The notes beneath the pieces were generated by a model, which had not been told where the DNA came from, ran no database searches, and worked only from the letters and a program-made list of their open reading frames with translations. The position numbers were made by a program, and so were the translations under genes. Of a DNA stretch of 64,000 nucleotides, positions 9,140-18,609 are shown in pieces; the stretch's first letter is position 1, and every line of letters begins with the position of its first letter. Source of the stretch: Dehalococcoidia bacterium (lineage in GTDB: Bacteria; Chloroflexota; Dehalococcoidia; Bin125); contig OZ241982.1 of NCBI GenBank assembly GCA_965204335.1, forward strand, positions 2,815,956 through 2,879,955, in the 5' to 3' direction.

Positions 9140-10867
9140 TCAACGAAATCCCGACTTCTGGGGGCGCTGGAGCGCCATCGAACGGGCGAGCGGCGCGACG
9201 TCGCGAGCGCCGTTTGCCCACGAGCCGTTTGCCGACGCGCCGTTCCTCGCGATTGCTGCGGCGGTAGCGGTAGCGGGAGCGGGAGCGGACGGTTGCTCGA
9301 CCGGCTTGCCGTCTTCCCACTGCATCTGCGTCTGGCGCTGGCGCTTCGGCACGAGGATCCAGCCGACGACGCCGGAGATCAGCGCGAAGATGATCCCGAA
9401 GCGCATCGTGTCCCGGATCGCCTCGACGAACGACTCGCGCAGGACGAGTTGCGTCGGTCCGAGGACGGCCTGGTCGAGCGTGGGCAGCACCTGCTGCGCT
9501 GCGCCAATCCCGTTGGCGAGGATCTCGACCGAGTCCTCGGCGATGCCAAGCGGCGTGAGTCCCGAGCTCACACCCGAGGAGTACACGGCAGCCGCGAACG
9601 ACCCGAGGATCGCGATCGCCAGCGTGGCGCCGAGTTGGCGTCCCGCGTTGTTGACCGCCGACGCTTTGCCCGCCAGGTCGACCGGCACCGAGGCCATCGC
9701 GGTGTCGGTGGTGGCGGGCATGTGCATCGCGCCGCCGATGCCGAGGAACGCCAGACCCAGTCCAACAATCCAGTACGGCGTATCCACACCGAGAACGAAG
9801 CTGAACAACAGCAGCGCGCCGCCGCCGTGGACGGCCGGAGCCCAGAAGAGCATGAATCGAGGGCCGAGCCTGGGTAACAGCCTGGCCATGATCGGAGCGA
9901 AAATCATCATCGCCAGGGCGAGCGGCATCAGCCGAGCGCCGCTCTCAGAGGCCGACATCCCCTGCACGAGCTGGAAGAACTGGGGCATGTAGAACATCAC
10001 GCCCATCAGGGCGAACATGATGAAGAACATGCCGACCATCGAGCCGGTGAAGTCCCGCTGCTTGAAGAAGGCCATCGGCAGCAACGGTTGATCCGTGCGC
10101 CGCTCGATCACGATGAACAGCAGCGCGGAGACGATCGCGACCGCGAATGAGCCGACGATCAGCGGGTCGGTCCAACCCTTCTGAAGGCCCTCGATGATCG
10201 CGAAGACGATCGCCACCATGGCGATCGTTCCGGTGATCGCGCCGGGCACGTCGAGCCTGGTGTGCTGGAGCGAGCGCGACTCGGGCACGGCGGCCATCCC
10301 GAGCATGCACAGCGCGGCGATCGGCGCAGGTACCCAGAAGACGCCGGCCCAGCCGATCACATCGACGAGGATGCCGCCGACCAGCGGTCCGAACGCCATC
10401 CCGAAGCCCATCGCCCCGGCCCAGATGCCAATCGCCCGGCCGCGCTCTTCTCGCGGGAACACGGCGGTCAGGATCGAGAGCGTCTGGGGGATCACCAGGG
10501 CGCCGCCCAGACCCTGCAGTCCGCGACCGACGATCATGAAGTTGGCGTCGGGCGAGAAGGCCACCGCGATCGAGGCAACGACGAAGATGGCCATGCCGCT
10601 GATCAGGATCTTGCGGCGGCCAAATCGATCGCCGAGCGCGCCGGCCAGCAGCAGCAGCCCGCCGAAGATCACCATGTAGGCGTCGGCGACCCAGAGCGAT
10701 TGCGACTCCGACATCTCGAACGCGCGCTTGATCGCGGGCAGCGCTGTGTTGATGATCGTCGCGTCGAGCTGGACCAGCATCTGGGAGCCGGCCAGGACGA
10801 GCAGGATGACCCAGCGTCGACGCGGCGTGAAACCCGTTGCGCTGTCGCCGGGCGCCTGAGCGGTCAT
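9140..10867 (-). CDS. MFS transporter, DHA2 (EmrB/QacA) family
   Basis: LDATIINTALP, GALGDRFGRRK motif A, about 14 hydrophobic segments. Confidence 0.92.
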   Translation of the reverse strand: MTAQAPGDSATGFTPRRRWVILLVLAGSQMLVQLDATIINTALPAIKRAFEMSESQSLWVADAYMVIFGGLLLLAGALGDRFGRRKILISGMAIFVVASIAVAFSPDANFMIVGRGLQGLGGALVIPQTLSILTAVFPREERGRAIGIWAGAMGFGMAFGPLVGGILVDVIGWAGVFWVPAPIAALCMLGMAAVPESRSLQHTRLDVPGAITGTIAMVAIVFAIIEGLQKGWTDPLIVGSFAVAIVSALLFIVIERRTDQPLLPMAFFKQRDFTGSMVGMFFIMFALMGVMFYMPQFFQLVQGMSASESGARLMPLALAMMIFAPIMARLLPRLGPRFMLFWAPAVHGGGALLLFSFVLGVDTPYWIVGLGLAFLGIGGAMHMPATTDTAMASVPVDLAGKASAVNNAGRQLGATLAIAILGSFAAAVYSSGVSSGLTPLGIAEDSVEILANGIGAAQQVLPTLDQAVLGPTQLVLRESFVEAIRDTMRFGIIFALISGVVGWILVPKRQRQTQMQWEDGKPVEQPSAPAPATATAAAIARNGASANGSWANGARDVAPLARSMALQRPQKSGFR

Positions 10868-11331
10868 GCCATGCGCCAGCGCGGTTGAGCGAGGTCGTCG
10901 CTGGTCTGCTCAAAGACCACGCGCACCCGCGCTCCAATCTCCATCGTTCCCCCCAGCGGGGCATCGACGACCGCGCCCATCAGCTTGATCTCGGGCATGT
11001 CGTCCAGCTCGACGAGCGCGACGAGGTACGGGCCGAACTCGCGCAGGGCCGGGTGCGCAGGGTGCACCACTTCGACCCACGAATAGACCGTGCCCGTGCC
11101 TGCCGACTCTTCCCATTCCATCTCAAAGCTGTAGCAAGCATGACAGTTAAGCTCGGGCGGATACTGGCGCACGTCGCAGTCGGCTTCGGCGCAGCGTTGC
11201 ACGACGAGTCGGCCCTGTGCGGCGGCGGCGAAGTAGCCCGCGTTGGTCGGATCGTCGGGATCCGGCACGGTCATGCCTTCGGGAAAGAACGGTGAATCCA
11301 GGAACTCTGGATTGGGCCTCGAACTCGTCAT
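10864..11331 (-). CDS. DUF35 Zn-ribbon/OB-fold protein (acyl-CoA-binding thiolase partner)
   Basis: QRC...C...YPP...CHAC, GTVYSW, PYLVALVEL. Confidence 0.9.
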   Translation of the reverse strand: MTSSRPNPEFLDSPFFPEGMTVPDPDDPTNAGYFAAAAQGRLVVQRCAEADCDVRQYPPELNCHACYSFEMEWEESAGTGTVYSWVEVVHPAHPALREFGPYLVALVELDDMPEIKLMGAVVDAPLGGTMEIGARVRVVFEQTSDDLAQPRWRMA

Positions 11332-11374
11332 AGCGCGAGGGTAACGCGTTGCCTGCCTAGTAGCCTGACTCGGC

Positions 11375-12397
11375 ATGCGCCGACTGACCGTACTCGCCCT
11401 GCTGCCTCTCGTGATCTGGTTCGGCATTGCCCGGCCGGCCGCGGCGGACGCTCCGCTGTGCGCGCTCTCGACCGACTTTCAACGCGAGGTACTGAACGTT
11501 GACGCCGTCCTCGGCGCCGCCGTCTACGACCTCAAGACCGGAACGATGTGGAGCGGCGGTCACTCGGGGCCGTACGCGTTGCACAGCGTGGTCAAGCCGC
11601 CGATTGCCTGGGCCGTTCTGAGCGACGCCTACGACGAGGGACGCGAACTGACCGAGTTGCAGCGCGACGCCCTGTTCTACATGGTCGCCTGGTCACAGAA
11701 TCCCGATGTCCTGACGTTGCTCTCGATGATCGGTGGTCTGCCCGGCCTGACCGAGTTCTACGAGCGCTGGGGTGTTCCCGAATTGGTCGAACTGACGCAT
11801 CGCAGCCGCTGGGGCGCGAGCCTGGCCGAACCGGTGCACCTCGCGCGTCTGTTCGCCGCCCTGGCAATGTCCGAATCGGTGCCCGACGACGTGCGGGCTG
11901 ACGGCTTCGATCTGCTCCGCGAGGTCGTCGACAACCACCGCTGGGGCGCCACGATTCCGGAGCGCATGCTGCCCGGCTGGGAGTCGCTGATCAAGACCGG
12001 CAACTTCACGATCCCCGAGTCCGAGGACGACGACCCGATTGCGAAGATCAACCCGCGAAACTATCAGGACGCGGCTCTGCTGATTCGCGACTTGCAGCAG
12101 GCGGAGGCGGAAACAGAGGCGGAGGAGGAAGAAGGGGACACCCCGCTCAAGTCGCAGGCCGGCAAGATGCGCGCGCTCGTCCGGATGAACAGCGCCGCCA
12201 TCTGGCTGGGTCCCCCGTGGCTGGGCAGCGAACCGCGTTATGTCGTGACGATCATGCAGGAGAGCTTCATCGGCTGGTCCGGTTCGCGGAAGTTGCAGAA
12301 CCAGATCGGCGAGATGCTCGCCCATGCGATTGTCGAGCGGGAAGCCGGCCGCTGGTCACGGCCGACCAACCATTGCCTCAAGCGCGCGCTGTCCTAG
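11375..12397 (+). CDS. Secreted serine hydrolase, class A beta-lactamase/PBP-like fold
   Basis: Signal peptide; SVVK (SxxK), SQN (SxN) and KTG motifs in order. Confidence 0.78.
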   Translation: MRRLTVLALLPLVIWFGIARPAAADAPLCALSTDFQREVLNVDAVLGAAVYDLKTGTMWSGGHSGPYALHSVVKPPIAWAVLSDAYDEGRELTELQRDALFYMVAWSQNPDVLTLLSMIGGLPGLTEFYERWGVPELVELTHRSRWGASLAEPVHLARLFAALAMSESVPDDVRADGFDLLREVVDNHRWGATIPERMLPGWESLIKTGNFTIPESEDDDPIAKINPRNYQDAALLIRDLQQAEAETEAEEEEGDTPLKSQAGKMRALVRMNSAAIWLGPPWLGSEPRYVVTIMQESFIGWSGSRKLQNQIGEMLAHAIVEREAGRWSRPTNHCLKRALS

Positions 12398-12422
12398 AGC
12401 CGCGCTTGTACAGGCGGTTCAG

Positions 12423-13634
12423 TCAGTTGCGGAAGATCGCCGACGAAATCGGGGCGGAGGCCGGTCCGGCCGCGACGATACAGGTTCGTGCGCCATCAAC
12501 CGGGTTGGGTGAATCGCCGCGTAGCTGCCGGACCGCTTCGAGGGCGAGATTGAATCCGTGGGTGTAGGCCTCGGAGAGGTTGCCTCCCGATGTGTTAATC
12601 GGGAACTCTCCGGCGTGGGGCGCACCCGGTTCGGCGACCTGCCTGTTTTCGAGCCGCCCGCCTTCGCAGAATGGGCCGCCGTCACCAACCTCGCAGAACT
12701 TGTGGTCCTCGAACGAGGTCAGGACCTGGCCGGTGAAGTTCTCGTAGAACTGGCCGCAGTCGATCTCCTCCGGTCCCATGCCGGCGGCCGTGTAGAGGCG
12801 GTCGACCATGGTCGTGTAGTTCGAGCTCATGAAGTCGTCGTGCCAGAAGCCGTCGACGACGTTGCCCTGGCGGTGTCCGGAGCCCTGCACCGACGCCGAC
12901 AGATACACCGGCGTGTCCGTGAAGTCGCGGGCAATCTCGGCGGTGGTCAGGATCATCGCCGCCGCGCCGTCGGTCTCCAGGCAGCAGTCGTAGAGGCGGT
13001 ACGGGTCGGCGATCATCCGAGAGTTCTGGTGGTCGTCGAGCGTGATCGGGCGGCCGTTCATGACGGCGCGCGGGTTGTTCTGGGCGTGCTTGTTCGCGGC
13101 GACGGCGATATGGCCCAGCTGGTCCGAACGGGTGCCGTACTCGTACATGTGTCGCTGCATCTTCATCGCCAGGAACTGCGCCGGCGACATCAGGCCCTGC
13201 GGCACATTGAAGGCGTATTGTCCGCGCAGACGTCCGCCGCGACGGGATTGCCCGAAGCGTCCGAACTCGCCCTGCGCGAGGGCTCGGTAGACCACCACGA
13301 AGTTGGCGTAGCCGGCCACGATCCCTGCCGCCGCGTTGCCGATGGCGGCGCAGACGCCGCCACCGCCTCCGCCGTACACCATCGAAGCGAAGGCGTAGTG
13401 CGGCAGATCGAGTGCGGTTGAGAGCCGATTGGGGTCGTTGCGGTCGGCGGAGTAGGAGGAGAACCCGTCCAGCATCCTCGGCTCAAGCCCGGCATCGGCG
13501 CAGGCGGCGAGGATCGCCTCGAGCGCGAGACGGAATTCCGGACGACCGATCCGCCCGTGCTTGGTGTACTCCGTCTCGCCGACGCCGATCACGGCGACCC
13601 GGTCGCGGATATGGCGGTCATACTCGTAGGCCAT
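12423..13634 (-). CDS. Ltp2/SCP2-type thiolase-family protein
   Basis: AVIGVGET, NPRA, DCCLETDGAAA, YENFT, INTSGGNLSEAY, EAVRQLRG. Confidence 0.9.
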   Translation of the reverse strand: MAYEYDRHIRDRVAVIGVGETEYTKHGRIGRPEFRLALEAILAACADAGLEPRMLDGFSSYSADRNDPNRLSTALDLPHYAFASMVYGGGGGGVCAAIGNAAAGIVAGYANFVVVYRALAQGEFGRFGQSRRGGRLRGQYAFNVPQGLMSPAQFLAMKMQRHMYEYGTRSDQLGHIAVAANKHAQNNPRAVMNGRPITLDDHQNSRMIADPYRLYDCCLETDGAAAMILTTAEIARDFTDTPVYLSASVQGSGHRQGNVVDGFWHDDFMSSNYTTMVDRLYTAAGMGPEEIDCGQFYENFTGQVLTSFEDHKFCEVGDGGPFCEGGRLENRQVAEPGAPHAGEFPINTSGGNLSEAYTHGFNLALEAVRQLRGDSPNPVDGARTCIVAAGPASAPISSAIFRN

Positions 13635-13715
13635 CTCAGCCTCCCTCAATCATGGCAAGGCTAGGTGATCGCAGCGCCTATCCTCGACAGGCCAGCAACA
13701 AGCAAGGAGCCGACA

Positions 13716-15008
13716 ATGTCCGACTTTGCCAATCTTCCTTCCTCCGACCCTGCATCGCTGGGGCTGGACCCGGACCGCCTCGCCCGGGTGGACGCCCGCA
13801 TGGCCCAGGCCGTCGAGAACAGCGAAGTCCCGGGTGTGGTCACGGTGCTGATCCGGCACGGTCACGTCGCGCACGTGTCGTCGCATGGGTACCTCGACGC
13901 CGAGCGGCAGAACCCGTTGCCGATTGACGCGCTGTTCCGCATGTACTCGCAGACCAAGCCGGTCACGGCGGCGTTGACGATGCAACTCCAGGAGGACGGC
14001 GTCTTCTACGTCGACGAGCCGATCACCAAGTGGCTGCCGGAGTTTGAGAATCGTCAAGTGTTGGCCCCCTTCGACCCGCCCAACAAGGTCCGCGGACAGG
14101 GTCTGCTCATGGGTCAGACGGTGCCGATGGTTCGCCAGATCACGATCCGCGATCTGCTCACGATGACTTCCGGTCTGCCCTCGTTCGGCAACATTCCCTC
14201 GGCCATGTTCCCGCTACTCGAGCCGGCCTGGAGCGGGACCGAATTCGGGATCACCAATCCGGGCGTGGTCGACACGTCGGTTTCGGCCGAGACGCGCGTG
14301 CTGCAGATGGCGCAACTGCCCAACGCGCGACAGCCCGGCGCGGCCTGGGAGTACGCCGCCGACTTCGACGTCCTCACCCTGTTGCTGGAGCGGGCGACCG
14401 GGCAGAACCTGGACGAACTGTTCCAGGAGCGCATCTTCGGCCCGCTCGGCGTCGAAGGCTGCGGCTTCTACTGTCCGCCCGAGGACGCCGACCGCCTCGT
14501 CACCAATCACCACTGGTCGGAGGAAGGCGCGCTCAACCCCGTTGAACGTCCGGAGAATTCGCACAAGGTGCGCGAATCGCTGGGTCAGCAGATCTCCGGC
14601 AACGGCCTCTATGGCGGCGTGCTGATGACGCCGGCGGCCTACACCCGATTCGCCGCCATGCTGCTCAACGGAGGCGAGCTCGACGGCCAGCGAGTGCTGG
14701 GTCGCAAGACGATCGAGCTGATGACGGCCAATCACCTCGGCGCGATCTGCGGCACCGAAATCGACCTCACCGGCCCGGGTTTCGGCTTCGGGTTCGGCTA
14801 CGCGGTCCGCGACCGGATCGCGGGGACCGCGTACCCCGGCAGCATCGGCACCTACGGCTGGGGCGGAGCCGCCGGCACCTGGTTCTTCGTCGACCCGGCC
14901 GAGAACCTCGCCGGCCTCTTCTTCACACACGTCTTCATGTACCAGTTCAACCCCGCCGCCTACCTCGAAACCGACTTCGAAAAGGGCGTCTACGAGGCGT
15001 TGATCTAG
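13716..15008 (+). CDS. Serine hydrolase, class C beta-lactamase/EstB-like family
   Basis: FRMYSQTK (SxxK), LLTMTSG, PG..WEY, YGWGGAAGTWFFVDP; AAGGAG RBS. Confidence 0.9.
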   Translation: MSDFANLPSSDPASLGLDPDRLARVDARMAQAVENSEVPGVVTVLIRHGHVAHVSSHGYLDAERQNPLPIDALFRMYSQTKPVTAALTMQLQEDGVFYVDEPITKWLPEFENRQVLAPFDPPNKVRGQGLLMGQTVPMVRQITIRDLLTMTSGLPSFGNIPSAMFPLLEPAWSGTEFGITNPGVVDTSVSAETRVLQMAQLPNARQPGAAWEYAADFDVLTLLLERATGQNLDELFQERIFGPLGVEGCGFYCPPEDADRLVTNHHWSEEGALNPVERPENSHKVRESLGQQISGNGLYGGVLMTPAAYTRFAAMLLNGGELDGQRVLGRKTIELMTANHLGAICGTEIDLTGPGFGFGFGYAVRDRIAGTAYPGSIGTYGWGGAAGTWFFVDPAENLAGLFFTHVFMYQFNPAAYLETDFEKGVYEALI

Positions 15009-15016
15009 ACAAGAGA

Positions 15017-15424
15017 TCATGTCCGGCGCGGCGGCCCAACTAACTCCGGGAAGTAGCTCTCATAGAAGCCGCGATCTCTGGTCAGAAAGGCATCGGCCCT
15101 GAGCGGCGCGTGAGCGCCGATCATGAAGTCGGGCAGGATGCGCGTGCGCGGTCCACCGGCCCGGCGGTACAGCGCCCAGCGGCGTCCGGCTTCCCAGGCG
15201 ACGTCGGAATCGATCTCTGATCGCTGAACGCCCGCGTCTCGTAACGCCTCGTCGAGCCTGGCGCGGTCCCGAAAGTTTGGGACGAGTTCCGCGTAGGTGA
15301 TTGCTGAGGCGATCACCTCGCCGGCCGACAGCGCCGTGGCAATCTGCTCGCGCGACTCCGATTGATTGACGGCGTTGGCGATGAACAGGTCCAGCAGGAC
15401 ATTCGTGTCGACCGCGGTGATCAT
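15017..15424 (-). CDS. vapC: VapC-family PIN-domain toxin
   Basis: AVDTNVLLD, AEL, DFMIGAHA, LTRD. Confidence 0.9.
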   Translation of the reverse strand: MITAVDTNVLLDLFIANAVNQSESREQIATALSAGEVIASAITYAELVPNFRDRARLDEALRDAGVQRSEIDSDVAWEAGRRWALYRRAGGPRTRILPDFMIGAHAPLRADAFLTRDRGFYESYFPELVGPPRRT

Positions 15425-15657
15425 CTACCGCGGATTTCCTCGATGTAGGCATCCACATCGTTTGGCGCAACGCCTGGAATATCGAATCCTTGCAGGATGC
15501 CGGTCACCTCGTCGAGCTGTTCCTCAATCGAGGCGCTCTTGCGGATGAGGATGCCGTCTTCGGTCCCGGAGATCTCCACCTCAACCCCGCATTCGAGCCC
15601 GAAGCGGTCGCGCAGTTCCTCTGGGATCGTGACCTGGCCCTGCTCAGTGACTCGCAT
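15421..15657 (-). CDS. AbrB/MazE/SpoVT-family antitoxin
   Basis: RVTEQGQVTIPEELRDRFGL; 4-nt overlap with vapC; GGAG RBS. Confidence 0.88.
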   Translation of the reverse strand: MRVTEQGQVTIPEELRDRFGLECGVEVEISGTEDGILIRKSASIEEQLDEVTGILQGFDIPGVAPNDVDAYIEEIRGR

Positions 15658-15814
15658 GACTCGCTCCGCTGTCTCAATGCCGACGCATCGTTCAGCGTAC
15701 CGGGAAGTCGGCGACCGCGATGGGGTGCCAGGCGATGGCATTGGTTGCGAAGGTGTCACCCCGGCAGGTGCGGGAGTCTTCGGGAGGGAGACCAGTCAAA
15801 GGGCGCATATTGGC

Positions 15815-16987
15815 TCAGTCCCCAATCGACCGAACGGGGAAGTCCCTGGCCGGGTGGGCTTTGAGGACCTCCTCGTCCAGGTCGATACCCAGCCCCGGGG
15901 CCGTGGGCAGGGTGATGTGGCTGTCTTCGACCTCGAAGGCGGGGCTGGCGGCCTCCTGGCCCCAGGGTTCGAAGTTGACGAAGTACTCGGTGATGATGAA
16001 GTTGGGCATCGTGGCGGCGGCGTTGAGCGTGGAGGCGAGCGCGACGGTCGTGGAGTTGTAGTTGTGCGGCGCGACGGCGACGAAGTAGATCTCGGCCATG
16101 GCGGCGATCTCGGTCAGTTCCTTGATCCCGCCGACGTTGGCGACGTCGGGGTTGATGATGTCGGCGGCGCGCTGCTCAAAGGCCTCGCGGAATTCGAACT
16201 TGGTGTACAACTCCTCGCCGGTGACGGTGGGGATGTTGATCTGCGCTGTCGCGGCGGCGAGCGCGGTCATGTTCTCGGCCCAGACCGGTTCTTCGAACCA
16301 GAACGGTTCGTACTCCTCGACCATCTGCGAGAGCCGGACGGCGTTGGAGGGGCTGAGCCGGCGGTGGATTTCGAGCAAAACGTCGACCTCGGGACCGACG
16401 GCTTCGCGGACGGCGCGGACACGCTCGGCGGCGAGGCGGAGTTCCTTCATCCCCACGTAGCTGCGCCAGCGGCCGGGGACGGGGTCGAACTTGAGGGCGG
16501 TGAAGCCTCGCTCGACCATCGCCCGGGCCCGGGCCTGGAGTTCTTCGATATCGTCCATCTTCGCCCAGCCGTTGGCGTAGACGCGAAGCCGATCGCGCAC
16601 GGCGCCGCCGAGCAATTGGTGCACGGGCATCCCGGCGCGTTTTCCGGCCAGGTCCCACATCGCCTGTTCGACGCCGGAGACGGCCGAGTAGAGGTCCATC
16701 GCGCCGCGGCGGTTGCCGAAGTCGTTGTAGATGGCGTCGGTCCACGGTTTGATTCGCGCGGCGTCCCAGCCGACGATGTAGCGCCGCATCGCTTCGAGGT
16801 GCGCCACAATCTGGATGTCGCGGTCCGACTGGGTGTAGCACTCGCCCCAGCCGTGCAGCCCGTCGGCGGTTTCGAGGCGGACGAAGCAGAGGTTCTTGCC
16901 GGCGATGTAACGGTCGGGCTGGCCGCTGTCGGGCGTGGTCGGGTGGATCAGGTAGTGGCGCAGGTCGACGATGGTGGAATCGGACAT
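15815..16987 (-). CDS. Mandelate racemase/enolase-superfamily dehydratase (galactonate dehydratase-like)
   Basis: GWGE, AMWDLAGK, YANGW, KFDP, WFEEP, GEE, PD..NVGG, APHN, PGLG. Confidence 0.9.
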   Translation of the reverse strand: MSDSTIVDLRHYLIHPTTPDSGQPDRYIAGKNLCFVRLETADGLHGWGECYTQSDRDIQIVAHLEAMRRYIVGWDAARIKPWTDAIYNDFGNRRGAMDLYSAVSGVEQAMWDLAGKRAGMPVHQLLGGAVRDRLRVYANGWAKMDDIEELQARARAMVERGFTALKFDPVPGRWRSYVGMKELRLAAERVRAVREAVGPEVDVLLEIHRRLSPSNAVRLSQMVEEYEPFWFEEPVWAENMTALAAATAQINIPTVTGEELYTKFEFREAFEQRAADIINPDVANVGGIKELTEIAAMAEIYFVAVAPHNYNSTTVALASTLNAAATMPNFIITEYFVNFEPWGQEAASPAFEVEDSHITLPTAPGLGIDLDEEVLKAHPARDFPVRSIGD

Positions 16988-17057
16988 GGACGTGCTCGCA
17001 ATCGATGATGAGTCGGGTCAAGGCAACGCTCCCACAGTATCGGTGTCCGGCGGGTGA

Positions 17058-18455
17058 TCATCGGCCTCTCCAGCGGGCGTCTCGGCCGACCGGCTGCCGC
17101 ACGATTTCGATTCCCGGCAGCTTGACGGCTTGGGGAACCTCCTGGAGCAGTTCGTGCATGTAGCGGTCGGCGTCGAGCAGATCGTCGTGTCTCTTGACCG
17201 GTTTCGGGCCTCCGCGCGATTCGCCGGCCCAGCGGTACTCCCTCATCCGTTCCGGGAAGCGCTCCAGGTTGGGCGTATAGAACGAGCCCGGCGGATCCGC
17301 CCCCAGGCGATCCTGTACCAACGAGATGCCCCAGGCGACCGATCCGTCTCCGCCCCGACTCGGCACGACGTCGATGCGCCGCCGCCGCTGATGGTCAATC
17401 CAGGCGCTCTGCGAGCGATCGGCGCACCAGCGGATGTGTCCATAGACGCTCTCGCAGCGGCGCTGCCATTGCTCCAGGCGCTGCATCACGCCCTCTCCCC
17501 GTGCCTCGAACTCGTCCAGCCGGATCAGCACATCCGGACCGCACGGCGCATCCGGCCCTGTGATCCCCGCGACGATCCCGGCCGTGTAGTGGGCTTGTTC
17601 GCTGAGCCCACCGAAGTCGAGCCCACCGGCATAGCGGGCGAAGTTCGGCAGCCCCCCCGTCCAGGCATGCAACCGAGGCTCGAAGCTGGAGTAGATCTGT
17701 CCCGCGAACGCGTCGAACCGGCCCTCGATGAACCGCTCCACCCAATCGCCTCGGTGCAGCGCGCGCTGTTGCTCCGCGTAGTTCCCGGGCAGGTACGGGT
17801 TGTCCGCAATCCGCGCCGGCACGAACATCACGCGACCTGCTGCCAGCGCCAGCGACTCCTCATCCAGCTCCCGTCGCACGAACCAGCGCTCGAACCAACC
17901 TGGCCACGGGTTCGAGGCGGCGACGAACCAGCGCTCTTGCTGCGCCGGATGACGTAGTCGGGTCAGCAGCATCTGCGCGGCCTCCTCCGCCACCTCGCCG
18001 CCCTCGTCGACAAACACCGACCCGTACTCCTGTGATCCCAGCCCGGTCCACGCCGAAAGATGCCGAAAGTTGATCGTCGAGCGCGCCGCTCCATCGCTCA
18101 GACTCACCTCGACCTGGTGCGTCGGTGACTCCCGCCGTTCTCGAATCAGGTGCTCCGGACATCGGCGGTAGAACTCCGCCATCGTCGTCGAATGCAAGTC
18201 CGTGTAGTGCTGTCGGGCGACCAGCACATTGTTGCCTGGATGCAACAACGCCGCATCCAGCGCCAACTCCACGATCGCCCTCGTCTTCCCTCCTCCCATC
18301 GCGCCTCCATAGCCGATCAACGACACGCCTGCCGCATCGCCCTCACTCAGCATCGAGTACAACTCCAGCTGTCGGGCCGTCGGGCAAAACTCCCGAGCTT
18401 CATGCAATCCGCCCACACGCCTCATCATCCGCTTCCCCATCAGCGCAACAGCCAT
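17058..18455 (-). CDS. Phage terminase large subunit (PBSX/Terminase_3-like), orphan
   Basis: Walker A YGGAMGGGKT, Walker B VFVDEGGE, RLR, ASNP coupling motif, DNPYL, RNase H-like nuclease GLDFG...ADRS...HDDLLDADRY; GGAGGGAG RBS. Confidence 0.9.
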   Translation of the reverse strand: MAVALMGKRMMRRVGGLHEAREFCPTARQLELYSMLSEGDAAGVSLIGYGGAMGGGKTRAIVELALDAALLHPGNNVLVARQHYTDLHSTTMAEFYRRCPEHLIRERRESPTHQVEVSLSDGAARSTINFRHLSAWTGLGSQEYGSVFVDEGGEVAEEAAQMLLTRLRHPAQQERWFVAASNPWPGWFERWFVRRELDEESLALAAGRVMFVPARIADNPYLPGNYAEQQRALHRGDWVERFIEGRFDAFAGQIYSSFEPRLHAWTGGLPNFARYAGGLDFGGLSEQAHYTAGIVAGITGPDAPCGPDVLIRLDEFEARGEGVMQRLEQWQRRCESVYGHIRWCADRSQSAWIDHQRRRRIDVVPSRGGDGSVAWGISLVQDRLGADPPGSFYTPNLERFPERMREYRWAGESRGGPKPVKRHDDLLDADRYMHELLQEVPQAVKLPGIEIVRQPVGRDARWRGR

Positions 18456-18495
18456 GCCGACTCCCTCCGTTGCCTACAGCTCGACATCTACCTAC

Positions 18496-18509
18496 AGTAC
18501 GTCAGTTCT
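18496..18509. promoter_or_regulatory. Putative LexA box, one mismatch (AGTAC-GTCA-GTTCT)
   Basis: One substitution from AGAAC-N4-GTTCT; about 40 nt upstream of the terL start. Confidence 0.5.
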
Positions 18510-18553
18510 ACTTCCAATGCCCCCACGTGCTCCGTCTACCCCGATACTTCTAC

Positions 18554-18567
18554 AGAACTGATGTTCT
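18554..18567. promoter_or_regulatory. Putative LexA (SOS) box AGAAC-TGAT-GTTCT
   Basis: Perfect GAAC-N4-GTTC palindrome of the Gram-positive/Chloroflexota type; abuts a TACCAT -10-like hexamer at 18570-18575. Confidence 0.72.
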
Positions 18568-18609
18568 CATACCATTGACCTCACCCTGGAGTTACGGAAC
18601 GGACAAGAC

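Noticed and set aside
11375-15008. Beta-lactam resistance genes
   Set aside because: Only fold-level motifs; no evident class A omega-loop Glu in the first, and the second resembles cytoplasmic esterases.
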